Source: an uncultured Acidimicrobiales bacterium (GTDB taxonomy: Bacteria; Actinomycetota; Acidimicrobiia; Acidimicrobiales; SHLQ01). From it: a stretch of 64,000 nt of DNA. The position numbers and the translations under genes are program-made. The stretch lies in assembly GCA_937934655.1 (NCBI GenBank), contig CALGZB010000245.1, forward strand, positions 13,448-77,447. Reading direction: 5' to 3'. Every line of letters starts with the position of its first letter. Position 1 is the stretch's first letter. Positions 45,028 through 53,270 of the stretch are shown one piece after another. Under the pieces are notes generated by a model, which saw nothing but the letters and a program-made list of their open reading frames with translations, did no database searches and had not been told where the DNA came from.

Positions 45028-45738
45028 AACGTCATCCATACAATCACCGCTCGTTTGCGGTCACTTTCGCCGATCGAGCTCACGCTTCTGCCCGTCCTCG
45101 CTTTCCTCGGGTTGGGCTGGCTGCGCGCCGGTTCGGAGAAACTCATCGATCTCGACTGGTGGACCGGCCAGTACCTCTCGAAATGGTTGGTCGATCATCA
45201 AGACACCGCAATCAGTGTGTTTCCACTGGTTTCTGACTACGTGTTCTCTCGGCTCACCCCGTCCATAGCGTTCATCGTTATGGGCGCCCAGTTCTTCATC
45301 GGGTACGGGCTCCTTACCGGGCGTTCGATGCGGCCAGCACTGCAGACAGCCATCGCTCTCAACCTCTGCTTTGTCGTCATGGGCGAGGTCACGCCATCGG
45401 CGTTCTATCTCGTGATCGAGCTTTCACTGCTTACCGGACTCAACTTGGGGCTGATCGGGAACGACCCGCGGCCGCCAAACCATTGGCGAGCCTTTGGTTG
45501 GATGTACGCAGCGGCGTTTGTGCTCCCCGAGATCTCGACGATTCACCCCGAAGAAGTGATTCACGACCCGGCGTTGATGATCGGCACGATCGCGGCTTTG
45601 GCGTTTAGCGTCGAAGCGATCCGGATCTTCCAGGATCAGTCGTCTACTCGCTTCCGCAACGGGCTCCCCAATGAGTCCGGCTATGGGCAGGGCGAGTTTC
45701 AGCCTGTGCGGGTCACCACCCATCGAGATTCATATTGA
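45028..45738 (+). CDS. Polytopic membrane protein, hypothetical
   Basis: Five to six hydrophobic helices. Divergent from arsR and upstream of the arsI/cadI-like gene. Confidence 0.55.
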   Translation, partial: NVIHTITARLRSLSPIELTLLPVLAFLGLGWLRAGSEKLIDLDWWTGQYLSKWLVDHQDTAISVFPLVSDYVFSRLTPSIAFIVMGAQFFIGYGLLTGRSMRPALQTAIALNLCFVVMGEVTPSAFYLVIELSLLTGLNLGLIGNDPRPPNHWRAFGWMYAAAFVLPEISTIHPEEVIHDPALMIGTIAALAFSVEAIRIFQDQSSTRFRNGLPNESGYGQGEFQPVRVTTHRDSY

Positions 45739-45787
45739 CATCTGTCGATACGTCGGTATGATCACTTACAGGAACATATCGATGTTC
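45735..45787 (+). promoter_or_regulatory. Sigma-70-like promoter (TTGACA-N16-TATGAT) followed by the inverted repeat GAACAT-N4-ATGTTC; candidate ArsR operator
   Basis: TTGACA at 45735-45740, TATGAT at 45757-45762 and the inverted repeat at 45772-45787, all in an AT-rich patch 26-78 nt upstream of the arsI/cadI-like ATG. Confidence 0.5.
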
Positions 45788-45812
45788 ATCTATTTGAAAG
45801 ATTGGTAACCCA

Positions 45813-46250
45813 ATGCGTCTGCAGCTCGCCCTCAACGTCGACAACCTTGACGAGTCGATCGACTTCTATACAAAGATGTTCGACACCGCTCCCCTCAAGA
45901 TCAAAGAGGGGTATGCGAACTTCGCCATCGAGAACCCACCGCTCAAGCTGGTACTCATGGAAAACCCTGGCAAGGGTGGCTCGCTCAACCACCTTGGCGT
46001 CGAGGTCGAAACCGCCCTTCAGGTCGCTGAGGCCGAGGCCCGCATTGCCCAAACCGGCCTCGAGACCTCGGGCATCGACGACACACTCTGCTGCTACGCC
46101 GAGAAGACCGAAACCTGGATCACCGGCCCCCAAGCCCGCTGGGAATGGTACGTGAAGACCGGCGACTCAGACATGGGTTCGACCGTCACCGATGAAGGAC
46201 GAATTTTCGAAGGCGTAAGCGCCAGCACCCAGGAACCCTGCTGCGGCTAG
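45813..46250 (+). CDS. ArsI/CadI-family glyoxalase-fold (VOC) metalloenzyme
   Basis: MRLQLALNVDNLDESIDFY...GYANFAI...PPLKLVLMENPG..GSLNHLGVEV, a vicinal CC (TLCCYAEK) and a C-terminal CC. Closely recalls mycobacterial CadI and ArsI C-As lyases. Confidence 0.8.
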   Translation: MRLQLALNVDNLDESIDFYTKMFDTAPLKIKEGYANFAIENPPLKLVLMENPGKGGSLNHLGVEVETALQVAEAEARIAQTGLETSGIDDTLCCYAEKTETWITGPQARWEWYVKTGDSDMGSTVTDEGRIFEGVSASTQEPCCG

Positions 46251-46270
46251 CAACGCGTCCGCGGACGTGT

Positions 46271-46307
46271 CCACCTGGCACCAACCCCCCCATTTGGTGC
46301 CAGGTGG
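46271..46307. repeat. Copy B of the repeated hairpin element: CCACCTGGCACC, 13-nt C-rich loop, GGTGCCAGGTGG
   Basis: Perfect 12-bp stem, 21 nt after the arsI/cadI-like stop. Shares the flanks GTCCACCTGG...CCAGGTGGAAAA with copy A. Preceded by the 12-bp palindrome CGTCCGCGGACG. Confidence 0.8.
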
Positions 46308-46360
46308 AAAACCGGCCCGGCACTTTATTGAGTTTGTTAGGGCCGAAGTAGGGTCAGCGC

Positions 46361-47392
46361 ATGACTTCACCGGTTGGAATTAATGCTGAGTCCGTAGGGG
46401 CTTGGCTTGAAAGCAATGTCGATGGCGCTACGGGTCCGTTCACCTACGACCTCATAACCGGCGGGCACTCCAACATCACCTTTAAGGTCACCGATTCCAA
46501 CGGCACCGAGATGGTCCTTCGCCGGCCACCACTCGGCGCAGTTCTGGCCACCGCCCACGACATGGGCCGCGAACACAAGATCATCTCCGCCGTCGGCAAG
46601 TCGTCGGTTCCGGTGCCCCGCACGCTCGGCATGTGCACCGACGAGTCGGTCAACGAGGCGCCGTTCTACATCATGGAGTACGTCGAAGGGCTGGTGGCTC
46701 ACGACTCGTCAGCGATGGAACAAGGCATGCCCGATATGGCGCTGCGCGCCGCCACGAGCGAAGACGTCGTTCAGGTCATTGCGGCGCTCCATATGGTGAA
46801 CCCCGACGATGTTGGACTCGGCGACCTGGGCCGCAAAGAGGCCTACCTCGACCGTCAGCTCAAGCGTTGGTCGGGTCAGTGGGAGAAGTCGAAAACCCGC
46901 GAGCTACCCGACATGGATTGGGTGTACAACCAGCTCGTCGAGCGCAAGCCCGAACAGCGCTACACCGGGATCGTCCACGGCGACTATCGCCTGGGCAACA
47001 TGCTCGTCAACCCAGCCGACGGTTCGGTAGCCGCAGTACTCGACTGGGAGCTTTGCACCCTTGGCGACGTTCTCGCCGACATTGGCTACCTACTCAACAA
47101 CTGGGTGCAGCCGGGCGAAGATTCGAGCTCTGGCGCCACAGCATTCGCGACAACGGTTGGCGGTTTTAGCACTCGAGAAGAGTTGGTCGATCGCTATTGC
47201 GAGATCACCGGCTTCGAAGTCGGCGACATCAACTACTACCGAGCGTTCCAGAACTGGCGCTTGGCGGCCATCGTCGAAGGTGTGCTCTCTCGCTACCTCC
47301 AAGGCGTCATGGCCGACAGCTCGGCCGACACCGATGTGTTCCGCAACCAGGTCGACGGCCTCTGCGCCCAGGCTGTGGCATTGCTCAGCTAG
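46361..47392 (+). CDS. Phosphotransferase (APH/choline-kinase-like) family protein
   Basis: IVHGDYRLGNMLV (HxDxxxxN) and LDWELCTLGD, with a typical N-terminal lobe. Confidence 0.8.
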   Translation: MTSPVGINAESVGAWLESNVDGATGPFTYDLITGGHSNITFKVTDSNGTEMVLRRPPLGAVLATAHDMGREHKIISAVGKSSVPVPRTLGMCTDESVNEAPFYIMEYVEGLVAHDSSAMEQGMPDMALRAATSEDVVQVIAALHMVNPDDVGLGDLGRKEAYLDRQLKRWSGQWEKSKTRELPDMDWVYNQLVERKPEQRYTGIVHGDYRLGNMLVNPADGSVAAVLDWELCTLGDVLADIGYLLNNWVQPGEDSSSGATAFATTVGGFSTREELVDRYCEITGFEVGDINYYRAFQNWRLAAIVEGVLSRYLQGVMADSSADTDVFRNQVDGLCAQAVALLS

Positions 47393-48333
47393 TTGGCTCT
47401 CGCCCAGGCCCGTTGCGCGTCTTCAATAACCGGAGCGGTGAGGGCTCCGGCAAATCGGAACGCACCGCTCGACCAGACCGGGCAGGTGTCGGTCCCCACC
47501 GGCACCTCCGCGAAACCGCTGACACAGAAGTGAATGCCGGTTGACTCACGAACCAGATTCCGGCCGCTGAACATGCAGGGTTCGAAGTCCAGGCACGGCA
47601 GCGTCTCGGTGTAGTGACCGTTGTCGTCGAGCACCGCAGCAGCCGAGTCGATGAGCTCAACTCGACGGTTCTTCTTCGCAACCTTGGCCACCACCTTGTT
47701 GGTGTCGCGTGCCCAGTTGATATCGAACATCGCCTGAAGGCGGCCTTCGGGAACGGTACCGAGATAGACGCGCGTGCCATCGGCAGTAAGGAGCTGCACG
47801 GCTTCGGTGAGGTCGGCCTCGAACTTCCGTAGCGCCGTACGACCCGACAGCGCACGGCCGTTGGGCTTCGCCATGCAGGGGGTAAACGCATTGCCGGCAA
47901 ACACCAGCACGGCACCGAACATGTCATGGTTCGCTACGTCGCTGCGGATCTGGGGTAAGAGGTCGCAGACGGCCACACCATGAAAACTGGCACCCACCAC
48001 GCGAAGACGTCCGCCGGTTTCAAGAAGGTGGTGCGCGTGTTCGGCTGAGGCAAACGCGAAGCTGTCGCCGTAAAAGCCGACGGTGAAGTTGGCGGGGGTT
48101 GTTGGGGTTTTGCCCCGCAGTCGGGTCTCCTCGAACACCTGGCCGGGTTCGGCGGTTTGTGCCGCCAGTTGCTGCGCGATCGTTGGGGCCACAGCGTCGG
48201 AGGATCGAATGCCGCCGATAAGTCCGGCGTCGCCAAGAATGATGCCAACCAACAGCACCACAGCGACTCGGAGAAGTTTCACCCGTTCCAATCGGCGTTG
48301 CGTCCCTGTCGTTGAATTTGCAGGTGAACGCAT
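47389..48333 (-). CDS. SGNH/GDSL-like hydrolase with N-terminal membrane anchor
   Basis: Anchor LLRVAVVLLVGIILG and block I FTVGFYGDSFAF (GDS). The stop overlaps the convergent gene's stop (CTAG). Start at 48333 is preferred over 48387. Confidence 0.5.
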   Translation of the reverse strand: MRSPANSTTGTQRRLERVKLLRVAVVLLVGIILGDAGLIGGIRSSDAVAPTIAQQLAAQTAEPGQVFEETRLRGKTPTTPANFTVGFYGDSFAFASAEHAHHLLETGGRLRVVGASFHGVAVCDLLPQIRSDVANHDMFGAVLVFAGNAFTPCMAKPNGRALSGRTALRKFEADLTEAVQLLTADGTRVYLGTVPEGRLQAMFDINWARDTNKVVAKVAKKNRRVELIDSAAAVLDDNGHYTETLPCLDFEPCMFSGRNLVRESTGIHFCVSGFAEVPVGTDTCPVWSSGAFRFAGALTAPVIEDAQRAWARAN

Positions 48334-48370
48334 TGACCTCTGCGAGAAGCATTGACCTCTGCTAGAAACC

Positions 48371-49462
48371 GTGGCCATGAGTAACAACCAGCCGCAGCTC
48401 GCTCAAGCATGGGACTCCTTCACGGATTCGCTGAAGACCATGGGCCACGACGTTCTTACCAAAGCCCCCAATGATGCCGAACGGGTCGATGGTTTGCGGT
48501 TCATCCTTCGCCAGCTGGCGTACCGCGAAGAGCAGTTCCTCGAGTTTGCCCCTGGCTATGGTGGCGAGTTGTTTCGCCCCGAGTCCTCGACCCGCAAGGT
48601 CTTTGCCGATTGCCCCGACACGCTGTACTGGCAGTTCAATGTTGCGAAGGGCGGGACGTACCGGATCACGGGAACCCGAGGCGAGTCGCCGTATATTTCC
48701 TTCACTGCGTATCGGGCCGGCATCGAAGACCGAGTGGTCGCCGATCTTCACGATGGCGAGCTCACCATTGCCGCTGATGGCACGTTCGATCTGACCGTCG
48801 GCGGGCCCGACAATCTCCAGGCAAATGGGCAGAATTGGCTCGACCTGGGTGACGACGCTTCCTTTGTGGTGATCCGCGAGTACACCCACGATCGCGTTCA
48901 TGGTGTGCAGGCCACCTTTGAGGTCGAGCAGCTTTCGCCCGAACTCGGCCATCGCCCCGAACCCGATGCCGACACGCTCTCCGGCGTGCTTGGGCTGCTT
49001 GGCCTCGGCCTTGGGTTCGTCAATAACGCCACGGTGAATCTGTCGGAGGAGCTTCGGCTGCGCCCGAACCAGATGAACGAGGCGGCAGCGGAGTTGGTGT
49101 CGGAGATGGCGGGGACTCCGCACAACCATTACCAACTTTGTTACGTCCAGCTGCAGCCTGGCGAAGCGCTCGAGCTTGAGCTCACTCCCCCGGCCTGCCG
49201 CTACTGGAGTGTGCACCTCAACAATTATTGGCTCGAATCACCAGAGTTCCGCGACGGGCAATCGGTATGCATCAACGACAGCCAAGCCGTTCGCGAGGCC
49301 GACGGTTCGGTAAAGATGCTCGTTGGCCCCGACGATCCGGGCACCGATGGTTCATCGAACTGGCTCGACACCAAGGGTCGGCACGAAACAATCCTGTTGG
49401 CCCGCTACCTGCTTCCCGAAGCCGACCTGCCACCTATCGTCAGCAACGTGGTGAACATCTAG
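48371..49462 (+). CDS. Conserved hypothetical protein (possibly DUF1214-like)
   Basis: Long ORF with coding bias. I recognised no catalytic motif with confidence. Confidence 0.5.
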   Translation: MAMSNNQPQLAQAWDSFTDSLKTMGHDVLTKAPNDAERVDGLRFILRQLAYREEQFLEFAPGYGGELFRPESSTRKVFADCPDTLYWQFNVAKGGTYRITGTRGESPYISFTAYRAGIEDRVVADLHDGELTIAADGTFDLTVGGPDNLQANGQNWLDLGDDASFVVIREYTHDRVHGVQATFEVEQLSPELGHRPEPDADTLSGVLGLLGLGLGFVNNATVNLSEELRLRPNQMNEAAAELVSEMAGTPHNHYQLCYVQLQPGEALELELTPPACRYWSVHLNNYWLESPEFRDGQSVCINDSQAVREADGSVKMLVGPDDPGTDGSSNWLDTKGRHETILLARYLLPEADLPPIVSNVVNI

Positions 49463-49474
49463 CGGCACCAGCAG

Positions 49475-50248
49475 TTAGCTGGTTCTGCCGTAGAAGGTGT
49501 TGAGGGCCGAGTCGGAAAGTGCGACGCCAGGCTCATCGTTGAAGGCGAAGACCACCAGAATCCGGGTCGTGTCGCCCTCGGTCGGTGTGACGCGGTGCAT
49601 GGCGTTGCGGCCGCGAAACAGAACCAAATCGCCCGGTTCGAAGTGCAGGGTGTTGACGGTTTCGTGGCCGTCGAGAACTGCCTCGACTCGGTCATAGGCC
49701 ATGTCACCAGCATCGGCGTTGCGCACGTCGGGGACATACTCAAAGTCGCCTCCGCCGTCGGGTGCCTGCAGCAGCATCGTTACTGCGAATGACGAGTTAT
49801 CGAAGTGCCAGCCGAGCTCTTTGCCCTCGGACGCGAAGTGCACGTTGATGGACGAGAGGTGGTCGGCGTAGGGGTGGATCTCGTCGATGCCGAGCACACC
49901 GCAAAGGAACGCTCGAACATCGGGGTCGTCATAGACGTCTCGTAGGGGTGAGTCGGCGGCGATTTGATCGTCGGCGATGAGACCCTTCGAGCTCACCACC
50001 TGCCGGTTGAAGACGTGATCGGTAGACAACGTTGGGTCGGAGGGGGTGAGGTACACGTTGTGGGTAGAGCCGGCGAAAAACGCTTCGCTCTCGCGTGGAG
50101 CGCTGCTGGCAACAACATCGGCCACGGCCTCCGACGTGAAGAACCCCGGCAGCACCAAAGCACCTTCGGTAGCGAGCGCCAGCCGGCACTTTTCGATATA
50201 CGAAGCGTCGCCAAGTGCGTGACGTTGGGCGTCGATAGGTGAATTCAC
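49475..50248 (-). CDS. Fe(II)/2-oxoglutarate-dependent oxygenase family protein
   Basis: GWHFDNS (HxD) and RNAMHRVTP (distal His plus Arg region). The start overlaps the TetR gene stop by 4 nt. Confidence 0.6.
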   Translation of the reverse strand: MNSPIDAQRHALGDASYIEKCRLALATEGALVLPGFFTSEAVADVVASSAPRESEAFFAGSTHNVYLTPSDPTLSTDHVFNRQVVSSKGLIADDQIAADSPLRDVYDDPDVRAFLCGVLGIDEIHPYADHLSSINVHFASEGKELGWHFDNSSFAVTMLLQAPDGGGDFEYVPDVRNADAGDMAYDRVEAVLDGHETVNTLHFEPGDLVLFRGRNAMHRVTPTEGDTTRILVVFAFNDEPGVALSDSALNTFYGRTS

Positions 50249-50865
50249 GAAAGGCCCGTCGCGGCGACGAAGATCTCGTTCAATCGACCGTCATCGGCAA
50301 CAACTGGCAGCGTTGTCCGTCGCGCATGACCGTGGAAGAGGGTCTGATCGAGCACTGCGAGGACGACAAGGTGCGCATCGGTAAGCCGTGACTCGACTTC
50401 AGCGATCGTTCGGCCAGGGGCATCGATCATTGGGGCGATTGCCGCTGAGGCCTCTTCGACGACGCGGATAGCCTCGAACGCCAGAGTTGGGTCGGTTCTC
50501 GCCTCGGTAAGCATGGCCCGTATGAGTCCACGGTTGGCCCTATGTCGGGCCGCTATCTCCCCGGTAAGAGTTTCGGCGGCCATCGAGATCGGCACAGACC
50601 CGGGGTCAACCGCAGGCAGCTTTTTCAGTGCCTCACGGATCTCATCGTTCATTTGCGCGTGAAGGGCGTGAAGAAAGGCCAATTTGTCGTCGAACCGCGC
50701 ATAGAACGAGCCGGCCGATGAACCGGCTTCGTCAACGATGTCTTGCACGGTCACCTGGGTGAACAGTCGATCCTCAAGAAGTCTTCGGCCGGCAACCAAA
50801 AGGGCCGCGTAGGTCTTGCGACTGCGCTCTTGTACCGGTGGCCGTACGCCATCCATTTTTTCCAT
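50245..50865 (-). CDS. TetR-family transcriptional regulator
   Basis: N-terminal HTH ERSRKTYAALLVAGRRLLEDRLFTQVTVQDIVDEAGSSAGSFYARFDDK. Confidence 0.85.
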   Translation of the reverse strand: MEKMDGVRPPVQERSRKTYAALLVAGRRLLEDRLFTQVTVQDIVDEAGSSAGSFYARFDDKLAFLHALHAQMNDEIREALKKLPAVDPGSVPISMAAETLTGEIAARHRANRGLIRAMLTEARTDPTLAFEAIRVVEEASAAIAPMIDAPGRTIAEVESRLTDAHLVVLAVLDQTLFHGHARRTTLPVVADDGRLNEIFVAATGLS

Positions 50866-50882
50866 CGTTCGGTACCTTAGAG

Positions 50883-50897
50883 AAACCCGTAGGGTTT
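50883..50897. promoter_or_regulatory. Perfect palindrome AAACCC-GTA-GGGTTT in the 37-bp TetR / hydrolase divergent intergenic region; candidate TetR operator
   Basis: Read directly from the sequence. It is centred between the divergent starts at 50865 and 50903. Confidence 0.45.
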
Positions 50898-50902
50898 TGG
50901 GA

Positions 50903-51550
50903 ATGCATCTTCCAGAACTGCTTCCCGTTGTCCTTGTCCATGGCGGGCTCTATGAGGACACGACTCCAACAAGCTATTGGATCGATACCGGAGTCACCGA
51001 AGCGCTCGCTGCTTCGACGACTCGCTTTATTGCTCCGAAGCGGCCGGTACAGCCGTCATCGTGGGAGGAAGAACGGGACGTTTTGTTGGCCGCTATCGAC
51101 AAGGCCGGGTTCGACAAGGTGGCTTTGGTCGGCGCCTCGCACGGCTGTTCGGTTGCCGCTCGGTTCGCCGTTGATCATCCGGATCGGGTTGGCCGACTGA
51201 TGTTGGCGTGGCCGGCTACTGCTGGTGACCAGGTGCTCGACGACTTGGCCAGGATCGTTATCGAGGATCTCCGGGACGTTGAAGTGGCCGACAACCTGCT
51301 GGCGGGCGAAACGATCCGGGGCGTTACCAACGCAGAGATCGGCGGGCTCGCTATGCCGTTGGTTGTGTTTCCTTCGATTCCGGCGAGCCATGCCTATCAA
51401 CGCGACACCGCTACCAAACTGGTCGAGGCGCATCCCGATAGTTTCCTGGCTGGGGGCACTCCTGATCCGCTCGACAAGCAGTTCGCCGAACATCTCGATG
51501 AGTTCATCCGGGTGGTGCAGGTCATCGCGGTGGTCGAACACGACGACTAG
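50903..51550 (+). CDS. Alpha/beta-fold hydrolase
   Basis: VVLVHGG near the N-terminus and LVGASHGCS at the nucleophile elbow position. Start at 50903 (MHLPELL). Confidence 0.65.
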   Translation: MHLPELLPVVLVHGGLYEDTTPTSYWIDTGVTEALAASTTRFIAPKRPVQPSSWEEERDVLLAAIDKAGFDKVALVGASHGCSVAARFAVDHPDRVGRLMLAWPATAGDQVLDDLARIVIEDLRDVEVADNLLAGETIRGVTNAEIGGLAMPLVVFPSIPASHAYQRDTATKLVEAHPDSFLAGGTPDPLDKQFAEHLDEFIRVVQVIAVVEHDD

Positions 51551-51563
51551 ACCCGCACGACGG

Positions 51564-53270
51564 CTAGGTCAACTTGTCGCGTTGCGCGAGATAGGTGCGC
51601 CAGCCGCCGTGGTGGGTTACATCGGTCGCTGCTTCACTTGCGATTGATTCGGCGATAAAGCCGGTCGGGGCCGAGCCGTCCTCGAGCTGAACACGACCAA
51701 GACCGAGTGGTTCGGGGATGTATTGGGTGAATCTCCCCACCTCGCCCGCCGGGAGTCGCCAGACCTCTACCTCAATCGCCGAGGTCCCCGGCTCGCCAGC
51801 GGCGGTCCGGACAAGAGCTGGTTTCGCGATCGCTCCGCCTTCTAGGGCGTACAAGAGATAATTGGGCGTAGTTCGTGCTGCCCGAACGAAACGTCCGCCA
51901 TGGTCGGTGAGCTGCCAATTGAGTGGCTGACCTTCGAGGTGGGCGCCGACTACCACGACGTCTACCCCACCAGATCCTGGGCTTGGCGGCGCTTCCGCTT
52001 GGCTCTCGCCGACAAATCGACCTGCGAGATCCACCAGCAACTCTTCGGACCAGGCCGGGCCGAGGAACGTAACACCAAACGGCCACCCATCGTCTCGGTC
52101 CACACCCGGTACGGCGATTCCAGCGAGGTCCAGCAGATTCACGAAGTTGGTATAGGTGCCAAGCGCACTGTTGCGGCCGACGGGGTCGTTGGCAACCTCG
52201 GCGAGCGTTGCCACCCCGGGTGTGGTGGGTGTCATCAGGGCGTCGACCCGCTGCCAAACCGGTTCGGTCCGTCGTCGGATTTCAGCTAGCCGGTACTGAG
52301 CTTCGTAAGCTTCAACGGCGGTGCGTCCGTTGGCGTTGGAAATGATCGAAGCGACGGTGGGGTCGGCGTCGGCTGGGTCGGTTGCCAGAAATTCGCCAAC
52401 CGCTGCGAACCGCTCCGCTACCCAAGGTCCGTTGTAGAGCATTTGCCCGACTTCGATGAACGGCTGAAGGTCGACGGTTTCGACGTCGACAAACGGAAGC
52501 GCTTCGAGACGCTCGACTGAAGCAGCCCATGCCGTTGCGTCGGCATCGGTAGCGGTCTCGACAGACGCCGGAACCCCGACCACAAAGCGCGGCGGTACTG
52601 CGATTGGGGGTCCAGCGAGGCGCGACCACGGGTCGAGTTGGTCGAATCCGGCGATCGCCTCAAGTCCCCGAGCAGCAAGCTCAACGTTGCGGGCGAAAAG
52701 AGAAACACAATCAAGACTTCGGACAGCTGGCACGACGCCACGTGTCGGTACCAGACCTCGGGTTCCTTTGAAGCCAACGATCCGATTTTGGGCGGCGGGC
52801 ACTCGACCCGAACCTGCCGTGTCGGTACCAAGACCGAAGTCGGCGATTCCGAGTGCAACCGCCACGGCCGAACCCGACGAGGAGCCGCCCGGAACCAACA
52901 GCGGGTCGATTGCATTGAGCGGCACACCGTAGGGGCTTCGGGTGCCTACCAATCCGGTTGCGAATTGATCGAGGTTGGTCGCTCCCAAACAGGTGGCGCC
53001 GGCATCGACCAGGCGCTGGACAGCAGGAGCGGATTCGCTGGGTTCGAAGGCATAGGACGGACAGCCTGCGGTCGTCGCCAGCCCAGCAATGTCGATGTTG
53101 TTCTTTGCGACGAATGTCAGCCCTGCCAGTGGCAACGTTGGATCGACCGAAGCCAACGCTGTGTCGCGGTCGACGGTCGAAATGAAGATGGCCGGGTCGT
53201 CTACCTCGGCGATCCGGTCGAAGGCCGCTGCTACCCGTCGGATTGGTTCATCGGAATCTGGTGCGGTCAT
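51564..53270 (-). CDS. Allophanate hydrolase (amidase-signature domain plus AtzF-type C-terminal domain)
   Basis: GGSSSGSAVAVALG and FVAKNNIDIAGL, with a C-terminal allophanate-hydrolase-type domain. The ATG at 53270 overlaps the carboxylase stop (ATGA). Confidence 0.85.
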   Translation of the reverse strand: MTAPDSDEPIRRVAAAFDRIAEVDDPAIFISTVDRDTALASVDPTLPLAGLTFVAKNNIDIAGLATTAGCPSYAFEPSESAPAVQRLVDAGATCLGATNLDQFATGLVGTRSPYGVPLNAIDPLLVPGGSSSGSAVAVALGIADFGLGTDTAGSGRVPAAQNRIVGFKGTRGLVPTRGVVPAVRSLDCVSLFARNVELAARGLEAIAGFDQLDPWSRLAGPPIAVPPRFVVGVPASVETATDADATAWAASVERLEALPFVDVETVDLQPFIEVGQMLYNGPWVAERFAAVGEFLATDPADADPTVASIISNANGRTAVEAYEAQYRLAEIRRRTEPVWQRVDALMTPTTPGVATLAEVANDPVGRNSALGTYTNFVNLLDLAGIAVPGVDRDDGWPFGVTFLGPAWSEELLVDLAGRFVGESQAEAPPSPGSGGVDVVVVGAHLEGQPLNWQLTDHGGRFVRAARTTPNYLLYALEGGAIAKPALVRTAAGEPGTSAIEVEVWRLPAGEVGRFTQYIPEPLGLGRVQLEDGSAPTGFIAESIASEAATDVTHHGGWRTYLAQRDKLT

